In this document: positions 9,700 to 20,757 of the stretch, piece by piece
Layout: every line of letters starts with the position of its first letter
Numbering within the stretch: position 1 is the first letter of the stretch
Origin: an uncultured Fidelibacterota bacterium
GTDB taxonomy: Bacteria; Fidelibacterota; Marinisomatia; Marinisomatales; Marinisomataceae
DNA length: 64,000 bases
NCBI GenBank assembly: GCA_902526795.1
Contig: CABZMF010000001.1
Coordinates: 720-64,719 of the forward strand
Direction of reading: 5' to 3'
Notes under the pieces: generated by a model
Told to the model about the DNA's origin: nothing
Database searches by the model: none
What the model saw: only the letters and a program-made list of their open reading frames with translations
Translations under genes and position numbers: made by a program

Positions 9700-10402
9700 A
9701 TATCTATATATTATAAGCATTATATTTTTAGGAGCTTGTGCAGTACCATCTTCTAGTAATGATATCTTAAATGAAAAAAATAGATATTTATTTTATTTCA
9801 ACGAAGAAATATATCTCCATGAAGAAGAGTTAAAGTCAAAACTACTTCTTCCTGCAGAAGGCTATACTGTTCCAGAATATTTAAACTTGTTACCAAACGC
9901 AAAAAGAGAATATAGGTCTGGACAACATATGGGGGTTGACTTTTCTGCTCCTTTAAACTACCCCATTAGAGCAGTTTTTGATGGGGTTATTGTAAGAAGT
10001 AATCAATTTCAAGAAGATGTAGATATTGATACATATAAGACTTTTTTAGAAATGTCAGCTAAAGTTGGTAAAACTCCTGATGATATCTATCATTTTATAC
10101 TCTTAGGAAAATCAGTTGTCATTGATCATGGTTTTTCAATAACAGATAAATTCAGAACAATTACTGTGTACTCCCATCTTTCATCAATTCCAAATGATTT
10201 AATTGCTGGCACTAAAGTAAAAAAAGGGGATGTTATTGGTTTTTCAGGTAACACAGGAACCTCTTCTGGTGCTCGTAAAAACGACAAAGGTGCCCACTTA
10301 CATTGGGAAATATTTTTTGATGATTCCAATGGGAGGTATTTTTTAGGTCAAAACATTCCTACTGAACTATTGAAAAATAATATCGATTTATTATTTGAAT
10401 AG
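9680..10402 (+). CDS. M23 family metallopeptidase, probable lipoprotein
   Basis: LGAC lipobox, HMGVD (HxxxD), YSHL, GFSGNTG and HLH motifs. Confidence 0.9.
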   Translation: MKKMKIKYLYIISIIFLGACAVPSSSNDILNEKNRYLFYFNEEIYLHEEELKSKLLLPAEGYTVPEYLNLLPNAKREYRSGQHMGVDFSAPLNYPIRAVFDGVIVRSNQFQEDVDIDTYKTFLEMSAKVGKTPDDIYHFILLGKSVVIDHGFSITDKFRTITVYSHLSSIPNDLIAGTKVKKGDVIGFSGNTGTSSGARKNDKGAHLHWEIFFDDSNGRYFLGQNIPTELLKNNIDLLFE

Positions 10403-10409
10403 TAACGAA

Positions 10410-10433
10410 AAAGGGCTCATTTCTGAGCCCTTT
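10410..10433. terminator. Bidirectional intrinsic terminator between the convergent M23 and PorV-family genes
   Basis: AAAGGGCTCA-TTTC-TGAGCCCTTT with flanking A and T tracts. Confidence 0.8.
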
Positions 10434-10466
10434 AACTATTTCATTTTATAAACTATGCGAGTAGTT

Positions 10467-11516
10467 TTAAAAATCGAATGTAACCTGCATAGTACTTTGG
10501 TCATCAAAGTACTCATTTGCGGTTCTCATAGCATATGAAACATGCATTAAGTAGTCACCTACTGGAATTGATACTCCGGCACCCATTGTAAGGCCCCAAA
10601 ATGTACCACTCCATTCATCCCAATCAGCATCTGATAAACCAGTTGGTTTTTCATCATCTCCAATAGTTGTTGAAGTTGCTGCACCAAACCATGATGAACC
10701 TAACTTATACTTAGCTCCTAGAGCTAAAACGTTGGTTTGATATGAGTGATTTGTGAAAGTTGCGCTTACATCTAAATTATTTAATAAAGAGTAAGTAGCA
10801 GATAGATCTAAACTTGTTGGTAACGCGAAGTTATCAGCAACAATTCTAAATGTCTCTGATGATGATCCTGACTCAGATTCATCAGGAACCATGTCCTGAT
10901 CTAAGTTTATACCATCATAATGCATTCTACTTCCAACATTTTTCATTGCTACACCAAATGTTAATGGTTGGTTTGGAAAACGATATTGTACCCCAACATC
11001 TAATGCCATACCTGTAGCAGATGTTTCTTCAATAGTTTCAGAAACTAATTTTCCTGCAAAGCCTACATTAACACGGTCTGAAAATGCTCTAGCAAATCCA
11101 GCCGTTGCAGTGAAGAAACTTGGGGAGAATGTCTGTCCGTCACCCTCAGGTGCGAAAGAAGTAGTTTTTGGTATTTCACCGAAATCAAGGGCTTTAATTG
11201 TCATACCAAATGTACCTGTTTCTCCCAATGCTACAACCATACCTGCATGCATTACATCAATATCTGCAATGTATGAGGTGGTTGAAACTGTTCCTTGTAA
11301 CCCAGAGTTGTGTCTAGCTAAACCAGCTACATTAGTAAATAATGCATCTACTCCAGCTACCGTACCAACGTTAGTTCCGCTCAGTGCTACTGTTTCAGCA
11401 CCGACTGGAATTAGTAGCTGTGAGGCACCAGCAGTACCTTGTGATCTTACTGTACCAGCGGTTAAAGCTGAAACTAACACTGCGCATCCAAGGAAGATTT
11501 TAAATGTATTTTTCAT
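10467..11516 (-). CDS. PorV/PorQ-family outer-membrane beta-barrel
   Basis: Signal peptide, L.IPVGA...ALSG, DFGEI, K.VSETI and A.DVGVQY patterns; C-terminal Phe. Confidence 0.75.
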   Translation of the reverse strand: MKNTFKIFLGCAVLVSALTAGTVRSQGTAGASQLLIPVGAETVALSGTNVGTVAGVDALFTNVAGLARHNSGLQGTVSTTSYIADIDVMHAGMVVALGETGTFGMTIKALDFGEIPKTTSFAPEGDGQTFSPSFFTATAGFARAFSDRVNVGFAGKLVSETIEETSATGMALDVGVQYRFPNQPLTFGVAMKNVGSRMHYDGINLDQDMVPDESESGSSSETFRIVADNFALPTSLDLSATYSLLNNLDVSATFTNHSYQTNVLALGAKYKLGSSWFGAATSTTIGDDEKPTGLSDADWDEWSGTFWGLTMGAGVSIPVGDYLMHVSYAMRTANEYFDDQSTMQVTFDF

Positions 11517-11534
11517 TTTTATATTCTCCTTATC

Positions 11535-14500
11535 CTAGTAAACGTCGAGACGTTGTTCTGGTTGAATTACAGCTAACTTAAGGATTTTATCCCCTCTGTT
11601 AGTCTCTACGTGCGCTACGTACATTCCACTAGCAACTGGAAGTTCGAAATTATTCTTCATGTCCCAATATGTGTGCTGTGTACCTGTATCGTTATGCTTA
11701 ATTGTTCTTACTAGAGTACCGTCTAGAGCAAAGATTCTAATTGTTGCAGGACCTTCGGTTGGAAGGTGGCTGAACATAACCATTCTATCTAGAGCGTCTC
11801 TTTCTTCCGGATTATATCCATAGTATGGATTTGGCCATACGCTAATTCTATCTGGATCGTAATCATTTGAAACCATTTCTAAACCAGCTGTTGAGAAGGT
11901 AAAAGTATCAGCTGAAGAATTTGGTTTACTCATTTGCCAGACAACAGAACTAGCTGAGCTAAATCCACTACCCCATGAAGCATGTCCTGCTTCTGTAGGT
12001 AGTACGTTAGAACCCAGATAATCCGTAAACATTGTAGCTGTCATATATGGATAACCGATTCCAGCGCCACTTGTGGTGACGTTGTCACAGAATCCACCAG
12101 AAGCCCATCCACACCCTCCTGATGCAGTTAAGTCATCAAGAGCGATATATGTGGCTTCTAAAGCCGGGTCATATGGGGTAGCAATCATACCAACAAAACA
12201 GTAGATTGGCTCCCATCCTGGTGCACCATAAACTGGTCCTGCCCAATATCCGCTATTCCAACTACCTTCAAAATCTAGATCACGGTCATAATCCCAGTAT
12301 CCTGCATACATTTGCTCTTTTTGACCAGTAGCAAAATTATGTCTATATGCAGAAAATGGAACATAACTGTTAATCCACTCATAAATATAGTCAAAACCAA
12401 GAGATGGGGTGCTAAAATCAAGCTCCACGTCATCTGACTCCCAATAGTTAAATCTATCAAAGTCACGCTCATATGGAGGTAAATAAGCAGCTCCAGCTCT
12501 ATTTTCAATAATATAACCTGTACGTCCTAAACTAGCGAACGGTACATAAGAAACCGCTGGGTCTCTTAGTACTTGGTTCTCTTTCCAACCATGATCCCAC
12601 TCACTTACAGATAATAGGTCTTCTTGAGGACCATTAACCTGTACTTGGAAACCATCAACTACTGGAGTACCACCAGGACCAACTTCTAAACCAGAAGCAG
12701 TATTAACACCACCAACAACAGGGTTGTTAGTAACTAATACAGCACCAGTAGTAACATTAGTTAATGTCCAGTTTACTGCAGCAGTTCCATCAGGCATTAA
12801 ATCATCAAAGGTAACTGCGTAATCATCTCCAGTTAATTTTGAAGGATCTACAACAATCATATCCACAGAACCCTGTGAAGGACCATCGTGTGCAGCTGAT
12901 ACAACATCACCCGCAGAAGCGGTTGCGTCTCCAGCTGTCATTGTATTTGGAACTTCAGGTCTTACAGTTAAATATACAGGGCTACTTTCCAGTGTTTTAG
13001 GAATACCATCTGCATTATAACCGTATGCTGTTACAGCATAATAATATGCTCTATTTGTTATCAGTCTTGAATTACCATTTAATCCATCGGTAGTAATTGA
13101 ATGGAACTGTGCTAGTCCACTATCTGATCCAAACTGTGTTCTAATACTAATATTTTCTCCAAGTTCAGCATTAAATACAGTATCATAAATTTCTGTGACA
13201 CCATTTACAATATCGTAAGTTGCTAATCTCTTCATTGCTCCAGCTCCAGTTGCAGTTTCATATTGATACACATTATATCCCTCAAACACAAAGTTTGTTG
13301 GGTTACCATTTGCATCTAAATCAACTTCACTAGTTGCTACATAATCTTCAGCAGTGTCATCCCATACCAAAATAACTTGGTCAGCAAATGCACTAGCAGT
13401 TACGTTTGGAGAAGGTGGAGAATCTGGCAATGCAAAGTCAATGTCATATGCGGTTTGAGCAAGAGCATCAACTTCTTTTAAATATGCCACGGATGAAAGT
13501 GCGTCACCACCAGCTGCGTGGAAAATACCAAACACAACTTCTTGTGAGTCTCCAGCAGCCATAGTAAACGGACCAACACTCATAAGGAAACGTCTGTCAG
13601 CAGAAGCTGCATAATTACCATCAACTGGGTTAGCTGTACTGTGACCGGCTGAATCGTTAGGGTCTCCATAAAAACAGAATCTCTGATCGTATAGGTCTCC
13701 TGCAATTTCAGCTGGATATGCACTACCATCTTTTCTTAAACCTTGTAAGTAAAAATATCCTTCAGTTTCATCTGAAGGGTCTGTGTAAGTCGCATCACCA
13801 TTAATGTAGAATGCGAAAGATGACATTTTTAGATTTTTCATTCCTGGGTGACGAGTACCAAACATTTTAGCACCTTCGGTTGGACATACTTCTTCAGAAT
13901 CTCCGTCTTCACAAGGAACCATAGGTCCTTGGAAGAAGTCATATCCTGCAGCAGGTGTACCAGTATCTAAAGTACTATATTGTTGATCGTCTCCGTCATT
14001 CCATACATATCCCATTCCTAATGCTACGTCACAACCAACAAAGTCGTCACCAGCATACCCTAAATCAGGGTCGGACCATAGTCCCATGTATGTATCTACT
14101 AAATCATCTGAACCATAATTGATAACAAGCTGTTTTAAAAACACCATGTCACCAAAGACGTCAGGTCTATCAAATCCAAACATTGTTGTTTGAATTTCTA
14201 CATTTAATGGAGATGTACCAAAATTTAGCTTATACGCTGGATCACCATCGTTACTTACAAACCAAAGTACTTGGTCTCCAAGAAACTCAGGATGATCAGT
14301 ACCGCCTGGAAGTGGAGTGTAGACTCCATCACCATCTACGTCAACCCAAGGCGCACCAAATTCAACTGGCCACTCTTGGAAGTCAGCAAAATCTAGTGGA
14401 GAAGCTAACATACTCTTCTCTACTTTGTAGATTCTGTGTACCGCAGCTAGCGGGTCACCGCCCCATGGGCCTGGACCCATGTCTTGTGTATAATCTCCAA

Positions 14501-14804
14501 CGATAGTTCGAATAGATCCATTCACTGTTGCTCCCATCCATAATGCAGATTGGAAGATTGAGTGTACTCCTGTACCCTTTGGCCACTCTAAAGCTGAATC
14601 ACCAGAAACATGGTAATCCAAGAAAAGACCATTATTGGCTACATCGGCATAGATCTTATTCCCATCGAACGTACCGACAGAATCCACATAGTTAGATGTG
14701 CTGCTACTAAAGTTAGAGACACTTTTTTCTCTCGCTTCAAGTATAGTAGAAACTGACAGCAACATCACCAATGTGAATACGGTAATATTCTTTAAGATTT
14801 TCAT
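11535..14804 (-). CDS. Large exported protein with a T9SS type A-like / FlgD-Ig C-terminal sorting domain
   Basis: Signal peptide; C-terminus VWPNPY...IRIFALDGTLVRTI...WDMKN...VASGMY...KLAVI; function of the body unknown. Confidence 0.8.
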   Translation of the reverse strand: MKILKNITVFTLVMLLSVSTILEAREKSVSNFSSSTSNYVDSVGTFDGNKIYADVANNGLFLDYHVSGDSALEWPKGTGVHSIFQSALWMGATVNGSIRTIVGDYTQDMGPGPWGGDPLAAVHRIYKVEKSMLASPLDFADFQEWPVEFGAPWVDVDGDGVYTPLPGGTDHPEFLGDQVLWFVSNDGDPAYKLNFGTSPLNVEIQTTMFGFDRPDVFGDMVFLKQLVINYGSDDLVDTYMGLWSDPDLGYAGDDFVGCDVALGMGYVWNDGDDQQYSTLDTGTPAAGYDFFQGPMVPCEDGDSEEVCPTEGAKMFGTRHPGMKNLKMSSFAFYINGDATYTDPSDETEGYFYLQGLRKDGSAYPAEIAGDLYDQRFCFYGDPNDSAGHSTANPVDGNYAASADRRFLMSVGPFTMAAGDSQEVVFGIFHAAGGDALSSVAYLKEVDALAQTAYDIDFALPDSPPSPNVTASAFADQVILVWDDTAEDYVATSEVDLDANGNPTNFVFEGYNVYQYETATGAGAMKRLATYDIVNGVTEIYDTVFNAELGENISIRTQFGSDSGLAQFHSITTDGLNGNSRLITNRAYYYAVTAYGYNADGIPKTLESSPVYLTVRPEVPNTMTAGDATASAGDVVSAAHDGPSQGSVDMIVVDPSKLTGDDYAVTFDDLMPDGTAAVNWTLTNVTTGAVLVTNNPVVGGVNTASGLEVGPGGTPVVDGFQVQVNGPQEDLLSVSEWDHGWKENQVLRDPAVSYVPFASLGRTGYIIENRAGAAYLPPYERDFDRFNYWESDDVELDFSTPSLGFDYIYEWINSYVPFSAYRHNFATGQKEQMYAGYWDYDRDLDFEGSWNSGYWAGPVYGAPGWEPIYCFVGMIATPYDPALEATYIALDDLTASGGCGWASGGFCDNVTTSGAGIGYPYMTATMFTDYLGSNVLPTEAGHASWGSGFSSASSVVWQMSKPNSSADTFTFSTAGLEMVSNDYDPDRISVWPNPYYGYNPEERDALDRMVMFSHLPTEGPATIRIFALDGTLVRTIKHNDTGTQHTYWDMKNNFELPVASGMYVAHVETNRGDKILKLAVIQPEQRLDVY

Positions 14805-14830
14805 ATCTACCTCTTTACCTTCTTATTTAA

Positions 14831-17800
14831 TTAAAAACTAATGTTTAAACCAACCCTTACTTGACGCGGTCTGTTCCATCTACCAGGAAACGCTAAGTTG
14901 TCCTCGTACATCGCAGCTGCATCTACATCAGGATTGACAGATAATCTATTGGCAAGCCATTGTTGCCCACTTTCAGTAGCAACCCAGCCATCTTCGGCTA
15001 CGTTACCAGTACCATGATAAACATCATTAACTTGCTCATTATCTAATGCATTAAACACAGCGACATATGCGTTGGCAGTTAAACCGCCTAGGCTAATGGC
15101 TCTATCAACACGAAGATCTAAGTTTGTAAATGCAGGTAATGTACCTGAGTTTACTGGTCCTTCCGGGAACTCCCAGCGATTCTCAAAAACTGTACTGTAG
15201 ATTTGAGATGGAGTATAACGAGTACCACTACCAAAACTCATAACTGCATTGAATCCTGTTTTTGCTAAAGCACCTGTAGCATCAGGTGATCTATAGTCAA
15301 GAATTACGTTTGCTGTATGTGTTTGGTCGTAATCTAATAGATTCATCGCTTTAGGATATCCATCATCTGTACCAATCCAAGTAATGTAGAAGTTCTGTCC
15401 ACCGTATGAACCAGTACCTCTAGCTTCTGAGTATGTATAATTAGCTTGTGCGTACAAACCTCTTGTTCTGCGCATTTCAAAGTTTGTTGTCAAACCTTGG
15501 GATACCATGACGTCACCGTTTTGGTATTGTGCCCAGTTTTGCTGAGTATCCGCACCACCTGTGTTAGTGAATGCTTCTGTACGATTAGCAAGCGTTAAAT
15601 AGTCTTTACTCTCTTTATAGAATCCTTCAACCTTTAATGAAGCAAATGCTCCAATACGTTGCTCAATACCGATTTCATATTGAGTTGATCTTTCAGGTTT
15701 TAATGCAGGATTCTCAGATGCAGTAGCGTTACCAGCAAGAATGTCAGCTGATAGCTGTGAATCTGAAAGATATAAATAAGACATAGGTACTGATTGCCAG
15801 TGTGTACCATAATTCGCACGGAATACTGTACGATCGGACACTGGGAATGAGACACCTATTCTTGGGTGAGTAGCGGTTTCTTTTTCAACTTTTTTCCAAA
15901 CATAGTTACCGTTACCGTCACCATTTCTATTTACACGTTGTCTGTTAAAATATAAGTTGTTAAAACCATCAGAATCACCATATCCATCACCATCTGAATC
16001 AGGAGCCATAGCACCTGTATCAATAGTTTCATAGGAAATACCTAATTGAACAACTACATCTTTAAACTCAAGTTTGTCTTGAATATAGAAACGTGATTGT
16101 GTTGGCTCTGCAGGAGCTAACATATGATCGTCTTGATTATATGTTCCGTTCCACTCATCACCATAAATATTGTATCCTAGATTTGTAACATACAGTGATC
16201 TGTAGTTAATAAATCTCCAGTCAGCTGGATCACTTCCTGCTGCAATAATTTCTTCGTTTGTTGCAACACCGTCATAGTTTGCGTCAACCTGAGAAATTGC
16301 TCTTGCAACACCTGAAGCGCTCAAACCATACCTAGTGATCTCATGATTATCAACAGATGCACCTAATTTCAATTCATTATAACCAATTTGGTTAGTGTAA
16401 TCAAAACTAAGGGTGTTAGTTGTTGTTTTTCTAGTATTAAAACTTGTCCACTGAGAACCATAACCGACTACACCAAAGAATTCATCTGGTGATAATGGGT
16501 TAAAGCCCGTACCATCTCTCTTATAATAGTTTGGAGATCCGTAAGCTTTAGTTCTTCTACCGTATGCTTCAATATCCTCTAAGTAGTTTTCATTACCAGT
16601 AGTAGTTTCATAAGTCTGTTGAGACAATGAAGCTTTAATATATGATAATGGACTAATTGTATATCTAGCATTTAAGTATCCCATAGCAAAATCTGATTGA
16701 TTTATAAATGATCCATCAGTTCCACCATATACTCTGCTCCAGCTGTAACTATGTCCTTCATAATCATATGCTTGAGTACCAAGTTTTAAACGTAAAGGAC
16801 CAAAGTCCATGGTCATATTACCATTAACGGTAACTCTTTCGTTATCGTCTTGTGGCTGTTGACCATACATACGTCTATAGTTACTGTAAACAACATAAGT
16901 TGTATCATAAGCAGCTACTCCAGCAGCTAATAAAGCTGGATCAGTTTGGTTATCACGAACAACAGTTTCAATGTGATGAATCTTGTTGCCCATCTCATCA
17001 GTACCGTATGCTAAACCATCAGTTCCATCGCTGTAATATTCAGCTGGTGGAGCATCTTGCATAGCCATCGCATCCATCTGTGGATAATAGCTGTATGATA
17101 CATCTCCGCCTAACTCTTTAGCTTCGACAGATAAGTATACTTTAATGTTATCACTAATTGGACCACCAAAATCAAAGTTTACATTTTGATATCCATCAGT
17201 ATAAAGTTTATCTGGATCTGTGCTTGGGTCTGCACCTAGAGAGGCTTCAAGCCCAACTCTGGATGTCCATTCAGATCCACCTGTTTTAGTAGTAATGTTT
17301 ACGATACCACCATTGGCACCACCGTATTCAGCAGAGAAACCTCCAGTTTGAACTGAAATTTCTTGCAGTGCTGCTTGTGAGTTACCGTTTAGGAGGTTTC
17401 CACCACCATAAACATCTTTAACTGGAACACCATCGACAAAGTAACGACTGTCTCCACTTCTACTTCCACGAAAATATCCATTAACAACACCTGTTTGTAG
17501 GTTTACAATATTACTTACCCCTCTAACAGCAAATGCATCAATCAACTCTTTATCAACAACACGAGTTGTATTTGTAGCATTTGGATTAATTAATGGTCTT
17601 TCTCTAGTTACTGTAACTGCTTGACCGGCCACAGCTGCTACATCAAGGTTAAAATCAACAGATGTTGTAAAACCAACTGAAGTTTTCACTCCTGATTCAA
17701 TTACAGTTGTGTAACCAATATATTCAGCTCTTAGGTCATAAGTACCTACAGGAACGTCAAGAATATAGTATCTACCTAATTCATCGGTAGCTGCACCAAG

Positions 17801-17947
17801 GTTTGAACCTTCAACTACAACATTCGCACCAACTAATGGATTGCCATCAGCATCTGCAACAACACCTGCTAGCTTAGCAGTTGTTGATTGTGCAAACATC
17901 ATTGTTGGTAGGACAACCAGCGCAATTAACATACGTAGTTTTCTCAT
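14831..17947 (-). CDS. TonB-dependent receptor with an N-terminal carboxypeptidase-regulatory-like domain
   Basis: Start reassigned to ATG 17947 (MRKLRM..., GGAGG SD). GANVVVEG...GAATDELGRY domain, plug motif GGFSAEYG...GGIVNI.TKTG, NPALKPERS.QYEIG, C-terminal Phe. Confidence 0.9.
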   Translation of the reverse strand: MRKLRMLIALVVLPTMMFAQSTTAKLAGVVADADGNPLVGANVVVEGSNLGAATDELGRYYILDVPVGTYDLRAEYIGYTTVIESGVKTSVGFTTSVDFNLDVAAVAGQAVTVTRERPLINPNATNTTRVVDKELIDAFAVRGVSNIVNLQTGVVNGYFRGSRSGDSRYFVDGVPVKDVYGGGNLLNGNSQAALQEISVQTGGFSAEYGGANGGIVNITTKTGGSEWTSRVGLEASLGADPSTDPDKLYTDGYQNVNFDFGGPISDNIKVYLSVEAKELGGDVSYSYYPQMDAMAMQDAPPAEYYSDGTDGLAYGTDEMGNKIHHIETVVRDNQTDPALLAAGVAAYDTTYVVYSNYRRMYGQQPQDDNERVTVNGNMTMDFGPLRLKLGTQAYDYEGHSYSWSRVYGGTDGSFINQSDFAMGYLNARYTISPLSYIKASLSQQTYETTTGNENYLEDIEAYGRRTKAYGSPNYYKRDGTGFNPLSPDEFFGVVGYGSQWTSFNTRKTTTNTLSFDYTNQIGYNELKLGASVDNHEITRYGLSASGVARAISQVDANYDGVATNEEIIAAGSDPADWRFINYRSLYVTNLGYNIYGDEWNGTYNQDDHMLAPAEPTQSRFYIQDKLEFKDVVVQLGISYETIDTGAMAPDSDGDGYGDSDGFNNLYFNRQRVNRNGDGNGNYVWKKVEKETATHPRIGVSFPVSDRTVFRANYGTHWQSVPMSYLYLSDSQLSADILAGNATASENPALKPERSTQYEIGIEQRIGAFASLKVEGFYKESKDYLTLANRTEAFTNTGGADTQQNWAQYQNGDVMVSQGLTTNFEMRRTRGLYAQANYTYSEARGTGSYGGQNFYITWIGTDDGYPKAMNLLDYDQTHTANVILDYRSPDATGALAKTGFNAVMSFGSGTRYTPSQIYSTVFENRWEFPEGPVNSGTLPAFTNLDLRVDRAISLGGLTANAYVAVFNALDNEQVNDVYHGTGNVAEDGWVATESGQQWLANRLSVNPDVDAAAMYEDNLAFPGRWNRPRQVRVGLNISF

Positions 17948-18194
17948 TATTCTACCTCCAAATGAGTATTTTATATACAAATTTTTGTTTGTCATTTTTT
18001 TCATTTTTATTTCTTACCCTATTATATATATGTGTAAAAGCTCACAATATATACAGACTTTCCAAAGGGTTCGTGCCCTTCCAAAAAGCAAATCCATCTA
18101 AATTGACGATTGTTTCCGTAGATGTCAATACTTTTTTGGTAATTTTTTTTTTGTTGTCGAGGACAAAAAAGAGTTTTGTCGTCATAAAAACAGA

Positions 18195-19436
18195 TTATGG
18201 GTATTTATTATAAATTACTTGATCATCGTAAGTATCATAATTATTTATGTTCAAGTCCTTATTTTTGAGGCTGTAATCAAAAAAATCAAGCACTGTTCTA
18301 TCCATTACTAAGTCTACTATTTTCTTGTCCACTTCTCCTAATTTTTTCAATGGAATAGAAAAAGGAGCGTTTTCTCTATAAATTAATTTTAAATCTGTAT
18401 ATGAATAATGAAGGCTATTTTTAATGTATACGCCATAGCTCTCTTTATTATTTTTTAAAATAGTATTATAAATATAAAAATTTCTTTTTCCATCTTTCGA
18501 GCCGTTAATATCTCCATTAATTGTATCATCAAGAAATTGTTCTTGTCCGATGTGCAAAAACGGTTTATTAGTGTCTGTAAATGCTTCTTCATCTAACAAA
18601 CCATAAAACCATCCATCAAAAGCAATGCCGGCTTTTATATTTTTATTTTTCAGCATTGCTGTATAGGTTGTACCTCCCCCCATTGAGTGCCCCATGGCTC
18701 CAACCCTGTCGAAATCAATGATATCTTTAAATGGATTATTTGATTCATCGCTAAATTTTTCCTGCTTAAGTGTTTCTAATAAAAAAGAAAGGTCTTGGTA
18801 TCTGTAATTTATAAGCATATTAGTGTAATATTTTCTATGGTATTGTGCTTGCTCGCGCCAGCTAATATTTGACTTGTATAGTATAGCATTACCTTCCTTG
18901 TCGAAAGTAATACTTGCATTATATGTATGGTTACATGCAATGACAATATATCCGTTGCTTACCAATTCTTCTACCTGAGATGTGTTCTGGTTTAAAAGTC
19001 CTCCATCCCCGTGTGAAAAAAGAATTAAAGGAAACGTTTTGTTTTTTATTGGCTCCAAGCCACTAACACTATTTGAAACAAGCTGTACTCCATGTTTTCC
19101 AAAATTGGCAGGAAGCCCCACTGCTTTTGATATAGTTGAAATTGATTTAGCTGGGAAAGTTACATGTGGTGCTTTTTGATAATTATTTCCACCGTTTGCT
19201 GGATACCAAATCTGAACCATAAGCTCTCTTAAATCATTAGGATCTGTAGTATAAACTTCACCCCTTGATGTATCCGTCCAAAAATAAGTCTGTGTACCTA
19301 TATTATATTTTCCTTTTGGTGGTTCAATAGAGTCTAAAGGAACAAGTACAGACCCTGCTAATGCACATCCCTGTATAAAAAACATTAGCAAAAATAAAAA
19401 AAATTTTAAAGTATTGTTTTGGTATAAAAAACTCAC
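18195..19436 (-). CDS. Alpha/beta hydrolase, PAF-acetylhydrolase-like carboxylesterase
   Basis: RELMVQIWYP, PLILFSHG, GHSMGG nucleophile elbow, DGW. Confidence 0.85.
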   Translation of the reverse strand: MSFLYQNNTLKFFLFLLMFFIQGCALAGSVLVPLDSIEPPKGKYNIGTQTYFWTDTSRGEVYTTDPNDLRELMVQIWYPANGGNNYQKAPHVTFPAKSISTISKAVGLPANFGKHGVQLVSNSVSGLEPIKNKTFPLILFSHGDGGLLNQNTSQVEELVSNGYIVIACNHTYNASITFDKEGNAILYKSNISWREQAQYHRKYYTNMLINYRYQDLSFLLETLKQEKFSDESNNPFKDIIDFDRVGAMGHSMGGGTTYTAMLKNKNIKAGIAFDGWFYGLLDEEAFTDTNKPFLHIGQEQFLDDTINGDINGSKDGKRNFYIYNTILKNNKESYGVYIKNSLHYSYTDLKLIYRENAPFSIPLKKLGEVDKKIVDLVMDRTVLDFFDYSLKNKDLNINNYDTYDDQVIYNKYP

Positions 19437-19443
19437 AACATAA

Positions 19444-20756
<1,313 letters not shown>

Positions 20757-20757
<1 letters not shown>

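Noticed and set aside
18050-18135. Possible cobalamin, TPP or c-di-GMP riboswitch ahead of the TBDR
   Set aside because: I could not find the conserved cores of these families; only a short hairpin is present. It is kept as an unassigned leader feature.
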